The notes beneath the pieces were generated by a model. It was not told where the DNA came from, ran no database searches, and saw only the letters and a program-made list of their open reading frames with translations. From Cyanobacteria bacterium P01_A01_bin.123 (lineage in GTDB: Bacteria; Cyanobacteriota; Cyanobacteriia; Phormidesmidales; Phormidesmidaceae): a stretch of 64,000 bases of DNA. The translations under genes and the position numbers were made by a program. The stretch covers positions 32,001 to 96,000 of the forward strand of contig JBCBZT010000013.1 of the NCBI GenBank assembly GCA_039815185.1, written 5' to 3'. Shown in pieces: positions 18,918 through 28,604 of this stretch. How positions within the stretch are numbered: position 1 is the first letter of the stretch; the number at the start of each line of letters is the position of its first letter.

Positions 18918-19778
18918 CTAATGTTCTTCTAGCTTGGGATTGAGAGCTTGCTTGGCCTCACGAGTCAGTGTCAATATTGTGTCCAGTTCAATTGCTGGAG
19001 TGTCTTTCAAGGCCTCATTGTGCACTTGAATGAGCCACAGCAGATATTCAATATTGCCCGCTGGCCCCATTAGCGGCGACCAGGTTAACCCTTGATAGCA
19101 CCACCCTAGGGCTTCAGCAGTGCTCAAAACTTGGGCGATCGCGCCTGCCTGATCTTTGCTATCGCGCACAACTCCCTTCTTCCCCACCTTCTCGCGCCCG
19201 ACTTCAAACTGGGGCTTCACCAATAGCACGACTTCCCTCGGCGGCTGGAGTAACTGCCAAAATGCAGACAGTACTTTAGTCAGCGAAATAAACGAAACAT
19301 CCATCACCCCTAAATTAGGGATCTCCCCTGCTGCAACTTCACCATCGGCTGCGTATAAAGCTTCGGGTTTTAAATGACGAATATTAGTGCGTTCTCTCAA
19401 CACCACTCGGGGATCGGTACGTAACTTCCAGGCTACTTGGCCATAACCCACATCAACGCCGTAGACCCGTTTGGCCCCTGCTTGCAGCAGACAATCGGTA
19501 AAGCCCCCTGTCGAAATGCCGCCATCTAAACACACGCGATCGCCCACGGCAATCTCAAACACTTCCAGCGCACGGGCTAGCTTCTCTCCCCCACGGGAGA
19601 CATACGGGGACTTGGTTTTGAGTTCAATATGGGCATCAGGAGCGATCGCAGTGCCGGGTTTATCAATCACTTCCTGATTGACCTTTACCTCCCCTGCTCG
19701 AATCAACCGTTGAGCCTGCTGACGAGACTCGCACAGTCCCAGTTCTACGAGATGCAGATCGAGGCGGGGTTTGGGCAT
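18918..19778 (-). CDS. tlyA: TlyA family rRNA (cytidine-2'-O)-methyltransferase
   Basis: S4 domain, YVSRGGEKL, STGGFTD, DVSFISL, LVKPQFE, GNIEYL. Confidence 0.95.
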   Translation of the reverse strand: MPKPRLDLHLVELGLCESRQQAQRLIRAGEVKVNQEVIDKPGTAIAPDAHIELKTKSPYVSRGGEKLARALEVFEIAVGDRVCLDGGISTGGFTDCLLQAGAKRVYGVDVGYGQVAWKLRTDPRVVLRERTNIRHLKPEALYAADGEVAAGEIPNLGVMDVSFISLTKVLSAFWQLLQPPREVVLLVKPQFEVGREKVGKKGVVRDSKDQAGAIAQVLSTAEALGWCYQGLTWSPLMGPAGNIEYLLWLIQVHNEALKDTPAIELDTILTLTREAKQALNPKLEEH

Positions 19779-19789
19779 ATTTCTATTTT

Positions 19790-20881
19790 TTACACGTTGA
19801 AACGAAACAACATCACATCCCCTTCTTGCACCGTGTAGTCTTTGCCTTCACTCCGAACTAATCCCTTCTCTTTAGCCGCGCCCATCGAGCCTGTTGTGAC
19901 TAAATCGTCGTAGGCCACAGTTTCGGCGCGAATGAAGCCCCGTTCAAAGTCGGTGTGGATGACGCCAGCCGCTTGGGGCGCTGACATCCCGGCAATGATG
20001 GTCCAGGCGCGGGTTTCCTTTGGCCCAGTCGTAAAATAAGTGCGTAATCCCAACAGCGTGTAAGTGGCGCGAATTAGGGATTTGAGGCCGCCTTCTGCCA
20101 CGCCTAGCGCATCGAGAAAATCCTGACGTTCTTCGTCAGAGAGTTCAATCAGTTCAGATTCAACCTGGGCTGAAATGATCACCACTTGAGCGTTTTCTGC
20201 GGCAGCAAATTCGCGCACCTGCTCAACCCAGGCGTTGCCCTCAGCCAGATCGTCTTCTGAGACATTGGTGGCATAGATGATCGGCTTGCGGGTCAGTAGC
20301 CCCAAAGATTTAATCAGCAATTCTTCATCTTCGTTGAGGTCAACCAGACGGGCTGATTTGCCATCGTTAAGGATGGGGACGAGCTTTTCAAGCACCGTCA
20401 ATTCAGCTTGAGCCGTTTTATCATTGCGGGCTTGTTTGCGAACTCGCTCAATGCGCTTTTCGATTTGGCTGAGGTCTGCCAGAGCCAATTCTAGGTTGAT
20501 CACCTCAATGTCCCGTACAGGGTCAATCGAACCAGACACGTGGACGATGTCGTCGTTTTCAAAACATCGCACCACATGCACAATGGCATCGACTTCGCGG
20601 ATGTTAGCTAAAAACTTGTTGCCCAGCCCTTCCCCCTGACTTGCCCCTTGTACCAAGCCTGCAATATCCACAAACTCTACCCGCGCGGGAACGGTGTCAA
20701 CAGAGTCGGAAATCTGGGTCAGCACAGCTAACCGCTCATCCGGCACAGCAACCACACCGACATTGGGTTCAATGGTGCAGAAGGGAAAGTTTGCGGCATG
20801 GGCTTTGGCGTTTGCCACCAAGGCATTAAATAACGTTGATTTACCCACATTGGGGAGGCCAACAATTCCGGCTCTTAACAT
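19790..20881 (-). CDS. ychF: Redox-regulated ATPase YchF
   Basis: [41 protein letters not shown]. Confidence 0.98.
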   Translation of the reverse strand: MLRAGIVGLPNVGKSTLFNALVANAKAHAANFPFCTIEPNVGVVAVPDERLAVLTQISDSVDTVPARVEFVDIAGLVQGASQGEGLGNKFLANIREVDAIVHVVRCFENDDIVHVSGSIDPVRDIEVINLELALADLSQIEKRIERVRKQARNDKTAQAELTVLEKLVPILNDGKSARLVDLNEDEELLIKSLGLLTRKPIIYATNVSEDDLAEGNAWVEQVREFAAAENAQVVIISAQVESELIELSDEERQDFLDALGVAEGGLKSLIRATYTLLGLRTYFTTGPKETRAWTIIAGMSAPQAAGVIHTDFERGFIRAETVAYDDLVTTGSMGAAKEKGLVRSEGKDYTVQEGDVMLFRFNV

Positions 20882-20995
20882 GGCGACTTAGGGAGGTGTT
20901 TTAGACAAAGACCATTTACTAGCATAAGGGGTTGTTGGGTGACAACTGCGAAACAGGCCCAGGGTGAGGGCAAGCGGTGCTATGCTTTGGCTACT

Positions 20996-21095
20996 TAGCC
21001 TCGTCCATATCCAGATTCCTCGCTCTCCTGAGCTAAAAGCTCAAGCGTTTTTTCTGAAGCTCAAAATTCAAATTTTCAAATCGGATGGGGTTTTA
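20996..21095 (+). repeat. Degenerate copy of the ~70 bp dispersed repeat with an internal duplication
   Basis: CCATATCCAGATTC, GAGCTAAAAGCTCAAG and AGCTCAAAATTCAAATTTTCAAATCGGATGGGGTTT match the reverse complement of 11820-11963. Confidence 0.65.
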
Positions 21096-21137
21096 ATAGG
21101 TTTAGGCATGTCTCGGTTTAGGCAAGGCGGTGCAGCT

Positions 21138-21770
21138 ATGGCGATTGATTCACGCCGGAGGGTAACGGTCAAAAACTGCCCCTGGAGGGCGATCGCGGCA
21201 GTTTTGATGCTCACTCCACTGATGGGGGGCTGCGGTTTGCTGTCGAATGATTCGTCAAGCAGCACTCCCGAGACGGGAGATCCTGTGGCAGCCGATGAGA
21301 GCTTTGTGGGTGAGAGTCAAACAATTATTAGTGACCCCAGCGATCGCTTTCAAGTGACCCTCCCGGCGACCTGGCAAGAAGATAACGAATTGCATCCCAC
21401 TGCTGATATTGAAGCCTCGCGGCGGGTGGCGGATCTCTACCTAATTGTGCTGGCTGAATCGAAAACAGAAATTGGGACTGGCTTTTCACTGGATAATGTA
21501 TCAGCGTTATATCGGCGCTCTTTTGTAGATGGCTTGGGCAATGTCGAGCAAGCTCCCGTAGATACGCCTGCGGTGGGTGGGTACAACGCCATTCAATATC
21601 GGGTCGACGCTAGCCTTGATGGCACAGATGTTGTTGCCCTACATACCACGATTGAGACAAATGAGAGTTATTACCAAATCATCACCTGGACGAAGGCTAC
21701 CTTCTATAGCAGCTATGCTGAGGAGATGCAGGTGGTGATTAACGGGTTTCGAGAATTGGGTAGTGGTTAA
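21138..21770 (+). CDS. Hypothetical lipoprotein (possibly PsbP/DcrB-like)
   Basis: Lipobox LMGGC; FQVTLPATW motif. The upstream part of the longer ORF overlaps the repeat and is likely noncoding. Confidence 0.7.
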   Translation: MAIDSRRRVTVKNCPWRAIAAVLMLTPLMGGCGLLSNDSSSSTPETGDPVAADESFVGESQTIISDPSDRFQVTLPATWQEDNELHPTADIEASRRVADLYLIVLAESKTEIGTGFSLDNVSALYRRSFVDGLGNVEQAPVDTPAVGGYNAIQYRVDASLDGTDVVALHTTIETNESYYQIITWTKATFYSSYAEEMQVVINGFRELGSG

Positions 21771-21869
21771 GGGTTGAGAGCATTGACGGCTCTAGACTCT
21801 GAGAACACACTTAATCAGCCTGCCTGAATAAGCTTTAATAAACAGAGGCGTACTTTGATCAGGAACAAA

Positions 21870-22454
21870 ATGGCTCAGAACGTGGCGTTATCGCTAAAAC
21901 TGCGGCACTGGGGTTCATGGGCGATTGCAGCCCTGATTGCCATCTGTCTTGTGGCACTTCCATGGATGACTGCTCCCGCGATCGCAGGGTTGACTGACGA
22001 TAAATACGACGGCAACATCTTTGCCCTCTATGCTGGCAATGGTTCGCTGGTGCCCCCAAAGGTAAAGTTAGCCCAGTCGATCAAAGTTCATAAGCCTGCC
22101 CTGGTAGTCTTCTACGTTGACGACAGTGCCGACTGCAAGCAGTTCACCTCGGTGATCTCTCAACTTCAAGAACCTTATGGTAGAGCCGCCAACTTTATCC
22201 CCATAATGGCAGATTCAATTCTGTCCGGGCGTGAGTTCACGCCGATGGAGGTAGGCTATTACTTTGAAGGGTCGGTGCCTCAAACCCTGGTTTTTGATGA
22301 TGAAGGCAACGTCGTATTCAACCAACCCGGTAATGTCTCTTACGAAGCCGTTGATGACGTGATGCGCGACGTTTTTGATCTATTGCCCCGCTCTGAATCC
22401 GTAGAGTTGAAGCGACGACCTGTGAATGAAGTCAATTCAGAACTAGTGAATTAA
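21870..22454 (+). CDS. Thioredoxin-like thylakoid photosystem I accumulation factor family protein
   Basis: Signal peptide, then DDKYDGNIFALYAGNGSLVPP and FDLLPRSESVELKRR. Confidence 0.82.
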   Translation: MAQNVALSLKLRHWGSWAIAALIAICLVALPWMTAPAIAGLTDDKYDGNIFALYAGNGSLVPPKVKLAQSIKVHKPALVVFYVDDSADCKQFTSVISQLQEPYGRAANFIPIMADSILSGREFTPMEVGYYFEGSVPQTLVFDDEGNVVFNQPGNVSYEAVDDVMRDVFDLLPRSESVELKRRPVNEVNSELVN

Positions 22455-22519
22455 CCGGGATGTTGCATATAGAGTTAGCAAGCTAGCGAGGCGCATACGA
22501 TGCCGAATTGACAATACCT

Positions 22520-22906
22520 ATGAGGCCCTATTTAATCGTTATCCGCGCTGACGACGTAGACTCACTTGCCGACTTTTACACCATACTTGGCTGTAAGTTT
22601 GTAAAACACTGTCATGGCCAGGGATCTGAGCATTACGCTTATGAAACAGACGATGGCTTTGTCTTTGAGCTTTATCCCCGCCTCAAGGAGCATCAATCAA
22701 CGGTAGGTGTTCGCCTTGGCTTTCAGGTTGCTTCAGTCGATGAGGTTATCCACCGGATGCAAGCGGATGGCAGGGGTGAAGTGATTGCTAAACCAGCGGA
22801 TTTGCCTTGGGGAAGACGCGCTGTTATCGACGATCCAGAGGGGCACCGAGTAGAGCTTTTGCAAGCCATACTCCCTGGTGCCATTAGAACCAAGTTAAAT
22901 GGCTAA
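22520..22906 (+). CDS. VOC/glyoxalase family protein
   Basis: HGQGSEHY, FELYP, PWGRRAVIDDPEGHRVEL. Confidence 0.85.
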   Translation: MRPYLIVIRADDVDSLADFYTILGCKFVKHCHGQGSEHYAYETDDGFVFELYPRLKEHQSTVGVRLGFQVASVDEVIHRMQADGRGEVIAKPADLPWGRRAVIDDPEGHRVELLQAILPGAIRTKLNG

Positions 22907-25180
22907 TGCTGAAGATACTTCATCACTGAACGGTAAGATATCTGGTGGAACAAGCGAGGCCATGCCAAGCCCATGCTCGAACATTGCCAAATCAGAAAGA
23001 TCGGGGGGTGATGCATCCAGCCCGTGTCCCCATTCCTCTAGCAGTTGAATTTCATGGCCGATGGTTTGCGCGATCGCGTCTTGACTGTTAGCGGTTAGGG
23101 GTATCTCAGGCAACGACCCCATTGGGGCCAACCCATCCCATTCAGATGGAGACAACATGCGTTGAGACTGGATGGCGGCAGCGGTGTTGCTATTGGCTGA
23201 TGGCCTCTTCCGATCGGGTTCGATCAGAAAATCGGGGACGGTCGTGGGATATTCACGAGTTTCATAACCCAGCATCAGCAGATGCATGTTGTACGACAAA
23301 ATCGACCCCCCATCTGCTGAGGTGGAAAACTCTTCACCATAGAGCCCTTCAAACCAACCATCCCACTCGGCTTGGGGCAGCACATAGCCGTGGAAGTCGT
23401 TGGTCAAGCCAAAGAAAAACTGATAGGTGTAGTCATCAAGGGTAGGGTTGTCAACGAGTGGCACCTCTAACGGAGCCGTATTGTAAGGGACAACGCCAAT
23501 GCTGGGATCAATCCCCCCCATCAATAACTGGGGATACAGTTCTCCCCCCATGGTGGTGATGGAAACTGGCCCCATTGTTAGGAAATTGGCTTCCGTCTCA
23601 ATGGAAAAGGCAAGTGGATTCAAAATCGATCGCCAACGTTCTTCTGAGGGAATGACAAGCTGATGATAGAGGGTGGTTGGAATCTGATCGACTAATTTAG
23701 CCCCGAGAAAGATGGGATTCTCAACGGGCAGATAAAATTCCCGCTGTTGGTGGGTAATCGGCGGTAGGGTGGTGAAGGTTTCGACCCGATCGGTCGGCCC
23801 TGGATTTTGCAATTGTTGTAGCAGTCGTTGAGCGATCTCGCGACCGATGGCTTCTGCTTTCTCAAAGGATTCACTAGGCAAGTCAGGCAAAATCTCATCC
23901 CCACTGCTGGTCAACAACCCCCCGATTGCGCCGTTAACAAATAGGGCAGGCCCACCCAGGTTAGCTTCCATCTCGTCAATCACCCATTTGGTGAAATCAG
24001 CTGTCATTGCCTGGTTGCGGTCACCCAAAACTTCCGGGTGGCTAGCCCAGTTAACCAAGGTTCCCACGACCTGATCATCAGCCGAAAACACCATCAGTCG
24101 GGCAAAAGGATCGGACACATTTGGCAAGCGGACGTCTTGGACCAAATCACTGAGAACTGTGTTGTCGATGTTAGCGACCGTTAGGCTGGCAGGTTGGCGG
24201 TTGGCTCAAGCGGTTTCAACGGCATTAGCAGCTTGGGTTGCGATCGCATCTATATAATCTGACGGGCGCGGATTTAAAAAGGGAATATCGCCGACACCGC
24301 CCCATAGGCCAATAGTGTCTGGACCTTCGTGGTTGTGGGTGCTGTGCACCAAAATATGATCGGTTAATTCAGGGACTCGGGCGGCGATCGCGGCCTGAAT
24401 TCGATCCACATCGTCAGACACAACGCCTAGTAAATCTAGGGTGACGATGGCAGTTGGCGTTATGCCATCATCAATTATCAGACTGCGGGCATAGAGCGGG
24501 TCATGGACATCCAGCGCAGGACGGTCGGCATTAAAGCCCGCAAGCCAGTAGGTACGGTCTTGCCAGTCAGCGGGCGTAATGTCAGCCTGGGCTGCACCAA
24601 CTTGATAGATTACTTCTTGATCGCCATTGGTGGCGTCAACCCCGCTATGGCTAAGGTTTCGTCCCTCTAAGTCAAGGCCGGGGTCCGCTAAGTTAAATGA
24701 ACCACCTTGAGAAGTTGGAGTGCGATCGCCCAGCAATTGCCCAAAGGCTTGAGCATCCGACACTCGATTGAGTAATGCAGGTTCAGTTAAGGGTAACGGC
24801 CAGCGTAAAGCGTTTAACCACTCGCCTCTGTTGTCACCATAAGCTGTATCGCCAGTGTCGGTGAGGCCATAGCGACTAATTACGTTGCTGTCCTCAACCT
24901 GAATCAGGGCAGCGGAAAGGATTTCAGATAGCGAGTCAGTTGAATACTGTGAAAAAAAGAGACTGCTGTGAACTTGATTGACCAGCCAGTCTAGGCTATA
25001 GACGTCTAAGACTGACTGCCAGTCATCCAACACGGCCAATCCGTCATGGGCATTTTCTACACCATCTACCCGCAACTCAATCAAGCCATTGAGCAGTCGT
25101 GAAGGGGGCTTTGCAGAGCGATGGGTCTGGTTGAGCCGAGGCAGAATGGGTAAGGCTGATTCAAACAGTGGAGATATCAT
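22895..25180 (-). pseudogene. Neutral/alkaline ceramidase-like protein interrupted by an in-frame TGA at 24206-24208
   Basis: Both ORFs share one frame; the joined read is AANAVETA*ANRQPASLTV. Motifs STHNHEGPD, NWASHPE, NGAIGG and GLTNDFHGY lie on both sides of the stop. Confidence 0.8.
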
Positions 25181-25409
25181 ATCTGCACCTTGCCTAGCGC
25201 AAATAGAGTATCTCCTATGATGTTTGAAGTATCAATAGATTTAAATATGTCTTATCTTAAGATTGCCACCCTAGCGGTCTGTCGTGTCTAGGGTTGATTT
25301 CAAATGATTTCAAACGCGATCGCGTTGGCTAGACTGCATGACCCACTCTTGCAGTTCATTATCTTACGGTAGATAGGTTTAAACTCTGACCGAATTCAAA
25401 TTCGTTATT

Positions 25410-25844
25410 TTATTTGTGATAGCGACTGCCTTGAAGAATGGTTTTCGCTCGGTAAAGCTGCTCCACTAGCATGAGCCGCGCTAGTTCATGGGGGAAGGTC
25501 ATGGGAGACAGACTCAAACGACGTCTAGCGTGCTGTTTGACTGTTTCACTCAAACCCTCGGCGCTGCCGATGACGAATACTAAATGGTTGGATGGTGCTT
25601 CAGCTAGATAGTGGGCAAAGGTAACCGATGCCATGGTTTTACCCTCCTCACTCAGGGCGATTAGCCTTTCAGTCGGTTTGAGCAAATTGAGAATTTGGGT
25701 ACCCTCTCTCTCCGGATCAGAATCCTTGAGTTCCACTATCTCAAGTTCTGGCAAACGCTGGGTATACACACCAACCCCATCGCGAATCCAGTCTTTCTTG
25801 ATTTTGCCAATGGCAATTAGTTTGACTTTCGGGAAGCTTTGCAT
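25410..25844 (-). CDS. rlmH: 23S rRNA pseudouridine(1915) N3-methyltransferase
   Basis: KLIAIGKIK, FVIGSAEGL, LSLSPMTFPHELARLMLVEQLYRA, YHK. Confidence 0.95.
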   Translation of the reverse strand: MQSFPKVKLIAIGKIKKDWIRDGVGVYTQRLPELEIVELKDSDPEREGTQILNLLKPTERLIALSEEGKTMASVTFAHYLAEAPSNHLVFVIGSAEGLSETVKQHARRRLSLSPMTFPHELARLMLVEQLYRAKTILQGSRYHK

Positions 25845-26782
25845 CGTTGCTGTTGGGCTAAGGTATTCCGTTCCCAAAAATAACCGTCCACATAGCCTTG
25901 GATCGTTGGATCGGCAATAGCACGGTCGAGGCGCTTGGCCGCGAGGCAGGCATAATGTTCGTCGATTTCGATACCGAGATAATGGCGACCCAGTTTTTGG
26001 GCTACAACCGCAGTCGTGCCAGACCCTAGGAAAGGATCAAAGACAATAGCTTGGGCATCACTGCTGGCTAAAATTAGCTTTGCCAGCAGCTTTTCGGGCT
26101 TCTGAGTGGGGTGGTCAGTATTTTCAGGCATGGACCAAAAGGGGATGGAAATGTCTGTCCACAGGTTGGAGGGATGGGTAATCCGAAAATTGCCGCGATC
26201 GCTCTCTTCCCAATCCTTCGGCGTGCCATTCAGATGCCGATACGGTGCGACCACTCGTCGCTTCAGCTTAACCGCCTCTACGTTGAAGGTGTAATGGTTT
26301 GATTGGGTGCAAAACCAGATATCCTCAGCACAGTTTTTCCAATTCGTTTTAGCCCCCCGACCCTTCTCGCGCTCCCAGGTGATGCGGTTCCGGACTTTGA
26401 AATATTGACTGGCCACCCGGTGAATTGCTGTTGAGGACTGCCAGTCACCACAAATATAAATTGAGGCGGTGGGTTTGAGCAGCCGCACCAGCTTTGATAG
26501 CCAACTCTCTAACCACTGCTCGTAATCGTCTAAAGAGGTACGCGTAAACTGCTGCTGATTAAAGGTTTTGGTGAGGTTGTAGGGGGGGTCGAGAAATAAG
26601 AGATCGACAAAAGCATCGGGCAAATGGGCGATCGCAGCCGTCATGTCTTGGCAAATAACACGATCGCGCACGGCTTCCCATTTCACTGCGGTGTCGAGTG
26701 TTAAGAGGCGATCGCGGTAACGGGCCACATCCGCATCACTCAGGGTCAAGGTTCGATTCTGAGGAGCTCTGGTATTAGGCAA
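25817..26782 (-). CDS. Site-specific DNA methyltransferase (N6-adenine/N4-cytosine, beta class), orphan
   Basis: DPPY precedes HPTQKP and DPFLGSGTT; no cognate restriction endonuclease recognised nearby. Confidence 0.92.
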   Translation of the reverse strand: MPNTRAPQNRTLTLSDADVARYRDRLLTLDTAVKWEAVRDRVICQDMTAAIAHLPDAFVDLLFLDPPYNLTKTFNQQQFTRTSLDDYEQWLESWLSKLVRLLKPTASIYICGDWQSSTAIHRVASQYFKVRNRITWEREKGRGAKTNWKNCAEDIWFCTQSNHYTFNVEAVKLKRRVVAPYRHLNGTPKDWEESDRGNFRITHPSNLWTDISIPFWSMPENTDHPTQKPEKLLAKLILASSDAQAIVFDPFLGSGTTAVVAQKLGRHYLGIEIDEHYACLAAKRLDRAIADPTIQGYVDGYFWERNTLAQQQRCKASRKSN

Positions 26783-26809
26783 AACGCTCTCTCTATGCTT
26801 TGCTACGAT

Positions 26810-27502
26810 TCACTGTACAACGTGTAGCCCGTGGACTATTCCCCCCTCTGAATCGAACCGGGACTCAATAATCGAAAAGAAGCTTTTATCATCCTTCTCA
26901 AAGTATCTAAAGATTGAGTATGCGATTATATCAGCAAGCTGGATTAACCGGGAAGCTTTTGAATCCAGAAATAAAGGTACTTCAGAAAAGTTTCTAATGA
27001 CTCCCCAGGTATAACCAATCGATCTGAAATCTATAGCCAAAGACTGAATGGTTGATTCGTAGGTAGATTTATCAAAAACAATGACTCCTCGTTGACTATT
27101 GCCAGCCCGATGCAGTCTCATCAGATACTTATCAAATCTACTAGCGAGTTGCTCAAATGCAACCTCAACTGGGTCTTGAGGCGATGCTGAACTTTTGTTG
27201 ATCACACTGGCAAATAGTCGATTGCTTGGATGAGAGCGCAAAAAGACTTTCAGCGTATCTTCAATAGCTCTGTGTCGCGCTTGCTTAGGATGACTTCTCC
27301 ACCTGCTTCTACCACCAAACATCGGACTACCGTGAAGTTCAACCGTTCCTGGATCAGCAGGGTCAAACCTTGCGGCAATTTGATCTAATTCGTTTGCAAT
27401 CCAGTAGCCTTGACGCTCGAACACACAAAAACCTGCCAATACAAAGTATCGCTGCGCAGAATCATGAGTGGTTCCAGACTCATCCGCATACAGCAAGTAC
27501 AT
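26810..27502 (-). CDS. DUF3800 domain protein (RNase H-like fold)
   Basis: N-terminal YADESG, central VFD, C-terminal LIQLADIIAY; AT-richer than flanks. Confidence 0.85.
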   Translation of the reverse strand: MYLLYADESGTTHDSAQRYFVLAGFCVFERQGYWIANELDQIAARFDPADPGTVELHGSPMFGGRSRWRSHPKQARHRAIEDTLKVFLRSHPSNRLFASVINKSSASPQDPVEVAFEQLASRFDKYLMRLHRAGNSQRGVIVFDKSTYESTIQSLAIDFRSIGYTWGVIRNFSEVPLFLDSKASRLIQLADIIAYSIFRYFEKDDKSFFSIIESRFDSEGGIVHGLHVVQ

Positions 27503-27528
27503 AGTGGCTTAAATTTTCTTTAAAATTA

Positions 27529-27590
27529 AAATCAGTCAAGGGAAGACCAAGCTTCCACGATCCGAAGAGGTCAGATCTCTTGACTGCTGA
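27529..27590 (-). ncRNA. Candidate structured RNA upstream of the DUF3800 gene
   Basis: Minus strand CAGTCAAG...GACC TC-TTCG-GA ...GGTC...CTTGACTG ATTTT; extended -10 TGcTATATT at 27595-27603. Confidence 0.5.
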
Positions 27591-27746
27591 TAGAAATATA
27601 GCAAATCTATGTCTGAACGAGTAGTGATGAAGCACTTGCTACAGATTTGTTGATATATTCAGGATCTGTCGCGAATCGTTTACTAATTTTCGCAATTTCT
27701 CTTCGTAAACTAGAGAGCAAGGTGTGGAGCAGGCGGCACGTAACCG

Positions 27747-28592
27747 ATGGAATTGACGGCGATCGAACTTAAATTTTTGGTGCGGTTGCTGGCCTACGAT
27801 GCCTATCGTACGCGGATTAGCCAAATCAAGCCCAATTCCAAGACCTCAGCTAGCGATCGCGATCGCGTGTGTATGCAGCTTTGTAGCAAGGGATTGGTAG
27901 ATTACACCCACGAAATTGTACAGTTCGGTCTGACGCCAGCGGGACGCACATTATTGAATTTGGGCACAACCAGCCTACCCGTGACCCCCGATGAGCTGTA
28001 CACGCTGAAAGCGGCGGAACATCAGCCCGTTGCCCCTGGCAAGATCAAACGGGTTTCTAGTCGCGATCGCCAACGGATTATCCGTAATCTTGAAGATCGG
28101 GGGCTGCTCAAAGTCAAAAAGACTCAGCTGAAAGAGGTGTGGTTGACCCAGCAGGGTAAACTGTACCTCCGCGATCAGTGCTGCCCTAGTGGTGCTCAAC
28201 CCGCGCTGTCGCTATCCATGTTGGCCAATTACTTAACCTTCTTGCGGCAAACTTTGGTAATGGTTCAAACTGGGGCTGGACTTGGGGCGGTGCAACCCAC
28301 AAATGCGCGTGGCGGTAATCTTGAGGTCAGTGCTGATGATGTTTTGAGTACGATTCAGCAATTGGATCAAACCTTAAGTACGGACAACTATCTGCCGATT
28401 TTTCACCTACGCGACAAGCTCGAACCGCCTTTAAGCCGGGAAGCGCTCGATCAACTGTTGTATGAGCTGCAACGCCGCGATCGCATTGAAATCAGTACTT
28501 TGCAAGATATCTCAGCCTACAGCGAAACCCAGCTTGCCGCAGGCATCGCTCAGGACATTGGTGGGGCGTTGTTTTTTATCAGCGTCATTTGA
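27747..28592 (+). CDS. rcaD: RcaD-like DNA-binding protein (repeated winged-helix)
   Basis: ELKFLVRLL, EVWLT..G..YLRD, NYLPIFHLRDKLEPPLSR..LDQLLYELQ, GG.LFFISV match my recollection of the cyanobacterial RcaD family. Confidence 0.72.
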   Translation: MELTAIELKFLVRLLAYDAYRTRISQIKPNSKTSASDRDRVCMQLCSKGLVDYTHEIVQFGLTPAGRTLLNLGTTSLPVTPDELYTLKAAEHQPVAPGKIKRVSSRDRQRIIRNLEDRGLLKVKKTQLKEVWLTQQGKLYLRDQCCPSGAQPALSLSMLANYLTFLRQTLVMVQTGAGLGAVQPTNARGGNLEVSADDVLSTIQQLDQTLSTDNYLPIFHLRDKLEPPLSREALDQLLYELQRRDRIEISTLQDISAYSETQLAAGIAQDIGGALFFISVI

Positions 28593-28604
28593 GGGACAGT
28601 CATT

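Noticed and set aside
20964..21137. N-terminal extension of the 268-aa ORF
   Set aside because: It is a translation of the dispersed repeat; the lipoprotein signal starts at ATG 21138.
24206..24208. Selenocysteine recoding of the TGA
   Set aside because: The context suggests Trp rather than a catalytic Cys, no obvious SECIS was seen, and cyanobacteria generally lack Sec machinery.
27853..27866. Overlapping HIP1 repeats GCGATCGCGATCGC (also at about 41227)
   Set aside because: Expected from the high HIP1 density of cyanobacterial DNA.
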